A model generated the notes under the pieces. That model saw nothing but the letters and a program-made list of their open reading frames with translations. It was not told where the DNA came from and ran no database searches. From positions 1,984,001 through 2,048,000 of the forward strand of contig JBHGNT010000016.1 in assembly GCA_043228905.1 (NCBI GenBank): a stretch of 64,000 nucleotides of DNA. Direction: 5' to 3'. This DNA is from Azolla caroliniana (Eukaryota; Plantae; Polypodiophyta). How positions within the stretch are numbered: the first letter of the stretch is position 1; the number at the start of each line of letters is the position of its first letter. The position numbers and the translations under genes were made by a program. This document shows positions 62,541-64,000 of this stretch, one piece after another.

Positions 62541-64000
62541 TGCGCACTGTTAGTATGAGAGGAGTGGGGGGGGGGGGGGGGGGGAGAGAAAGGAAGGGAG
62601 AGGGATCCAAATCAATCTAATTATGGTTGTGTGGAAATTGATTCACATGATCATGAACATATTAGAGTATCAATCTAACTAGGTCATAGTCGTTGGGAGT
62701 CCTATCTTTGAAAATCTCATCACGTTTTAGCTTATTTTTGGCAAATGTCGTTGGGTTTGGATATTGACGTGTCAATTCCACTAGAATGAAAACTATAAGA
62801 AAAATGCATAACCAACTCATAATGTACGTGATTACATGCTAGGGTATTAGTATATATAATTGTATAGATTTAAATAAGCAACTCATTAATCGTAGAATGC
62901 AACCATTTCTCGTGTTCTACAAATTAAAATATTGTAGTGTCACATGAGTTTATCAACCTTCAGAGTGTTTGGTTTAGATTTCACTTATTAACAAAGGGCA
63001 ACAACTAGTAGAACCTTATGAAGTGGGGTTGGACAACAGTAATCAATAAAGGAACCCTGTTAATAACGGGCACGGAAATGTACAATGGACGAGTGATGTA
63101 ATCATGATATCAAACGTGTTGAGGTTGATATTGAGTTCAATGGGAATGAGTGAGAACTCTCTTGTACGACCATTGTTTTACACTTTCTCCTAATGAAACA
63201 GGATAGTTCTTATTTTTATTGAACAATAATACATTACCTAAACAAGGAATAAAGTATTAATTTGTGCCTCCAAGCAACTAATCCCATTTTCTCTCCACCT
63301 TTAGCATATTCATAGTGGTACCTCTCTTTTTACAGCTTGAAATAATCATTCGTGTGCCAAAAGTGGTCTTCTATCATGTCCCACTAGATATTCTTATCTT
63401 ACATTTCATGTTTTGCTAACTCCTTACCAAAGAGTCTTCGCCATAACTCTTTATCACCCTCACTTTCCATTGTCGTATGTTCACATTATTCACATGCTTT
63501 CTACTTTTCTCAAGTATTCCATCTACATATTGCATTTGTTCCTTGGTTAAAGTTAATTCTTTTAAGTATATTATTTAAACAAAGCAAAAATGTTCAAATT
63601 GACCATTTTTTACTCATCATCAATGTACATTTAAGATATGTTCAAAACTTACATCATTGTAAAAATATCAATAAACTGTGCTATGAGCTTATCTCATAGA
63701 CGAAAGTTATAGTCTACATTTTGGAAGTTGTTGAGAAAAGGTTTCAATATTGCACTCCTCATTAATACACATGTGCCCTCGCATACATACATGAATGTGG
63801 ATAGTACCTATCTATATGCAAACATACATGCACAATTGTTCTAGTTCATCCTTGCTAATAACTTTAGGGTGTGATGAAGTGCCATCACTATTAAGAGTTA
63901 TCGGATAGTCGAACATCGTGCATGGTCGTCTAACTCCATAAAGTAATGATTAATAGCTTCTTGTGAACTTCTATATGTCAATGGCTAAGAATTGAAGAAA

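Noticed and set aside
62566-62584. Poly-G run as a functional G-quadruplex
   Set aside because: It is a simple homopolymer within TE-derived sequence with no supporting context.

Overview
Eukaryotic, intron-containing land-plant nuclear DNA. The long PLS-class PPR genes suggest a fern or other seed-free plant (inference). Eight protein-coding genes can be reconstructed: two single-exon PLS/E-class PPR genes, a Ca2+-activated RelA/SpoT homologue (CRSH), a 3-exon WD40 gene, a group IIb WRKY factor, NAA15 (about 26 exons), a plastid GrpE and a secreted glycine-rich repeat protein. The spaces between them hold decayed LINE and Copia remnants, hAT- and Mutator-type MITEs, local tandem duplications and microsatellites. 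The main finding is that the CRSH reading frame does not stop after its EF-hands. Twelve phase-compatible GT-AG exons (14548 to 6510, minus strand) join the ppGpp synthetase and two EF-hands to a linker and a C-terminal array of HAT/TPR repeats, giving a protein of about 1318 aa. A second notable structure is a chimeric insertion upstream of the second PPR gene. It is built from two sequences found elsewhere in the window and is bracketed by a 72-bp direct repeat. All calls were made by eye; no searches were run.
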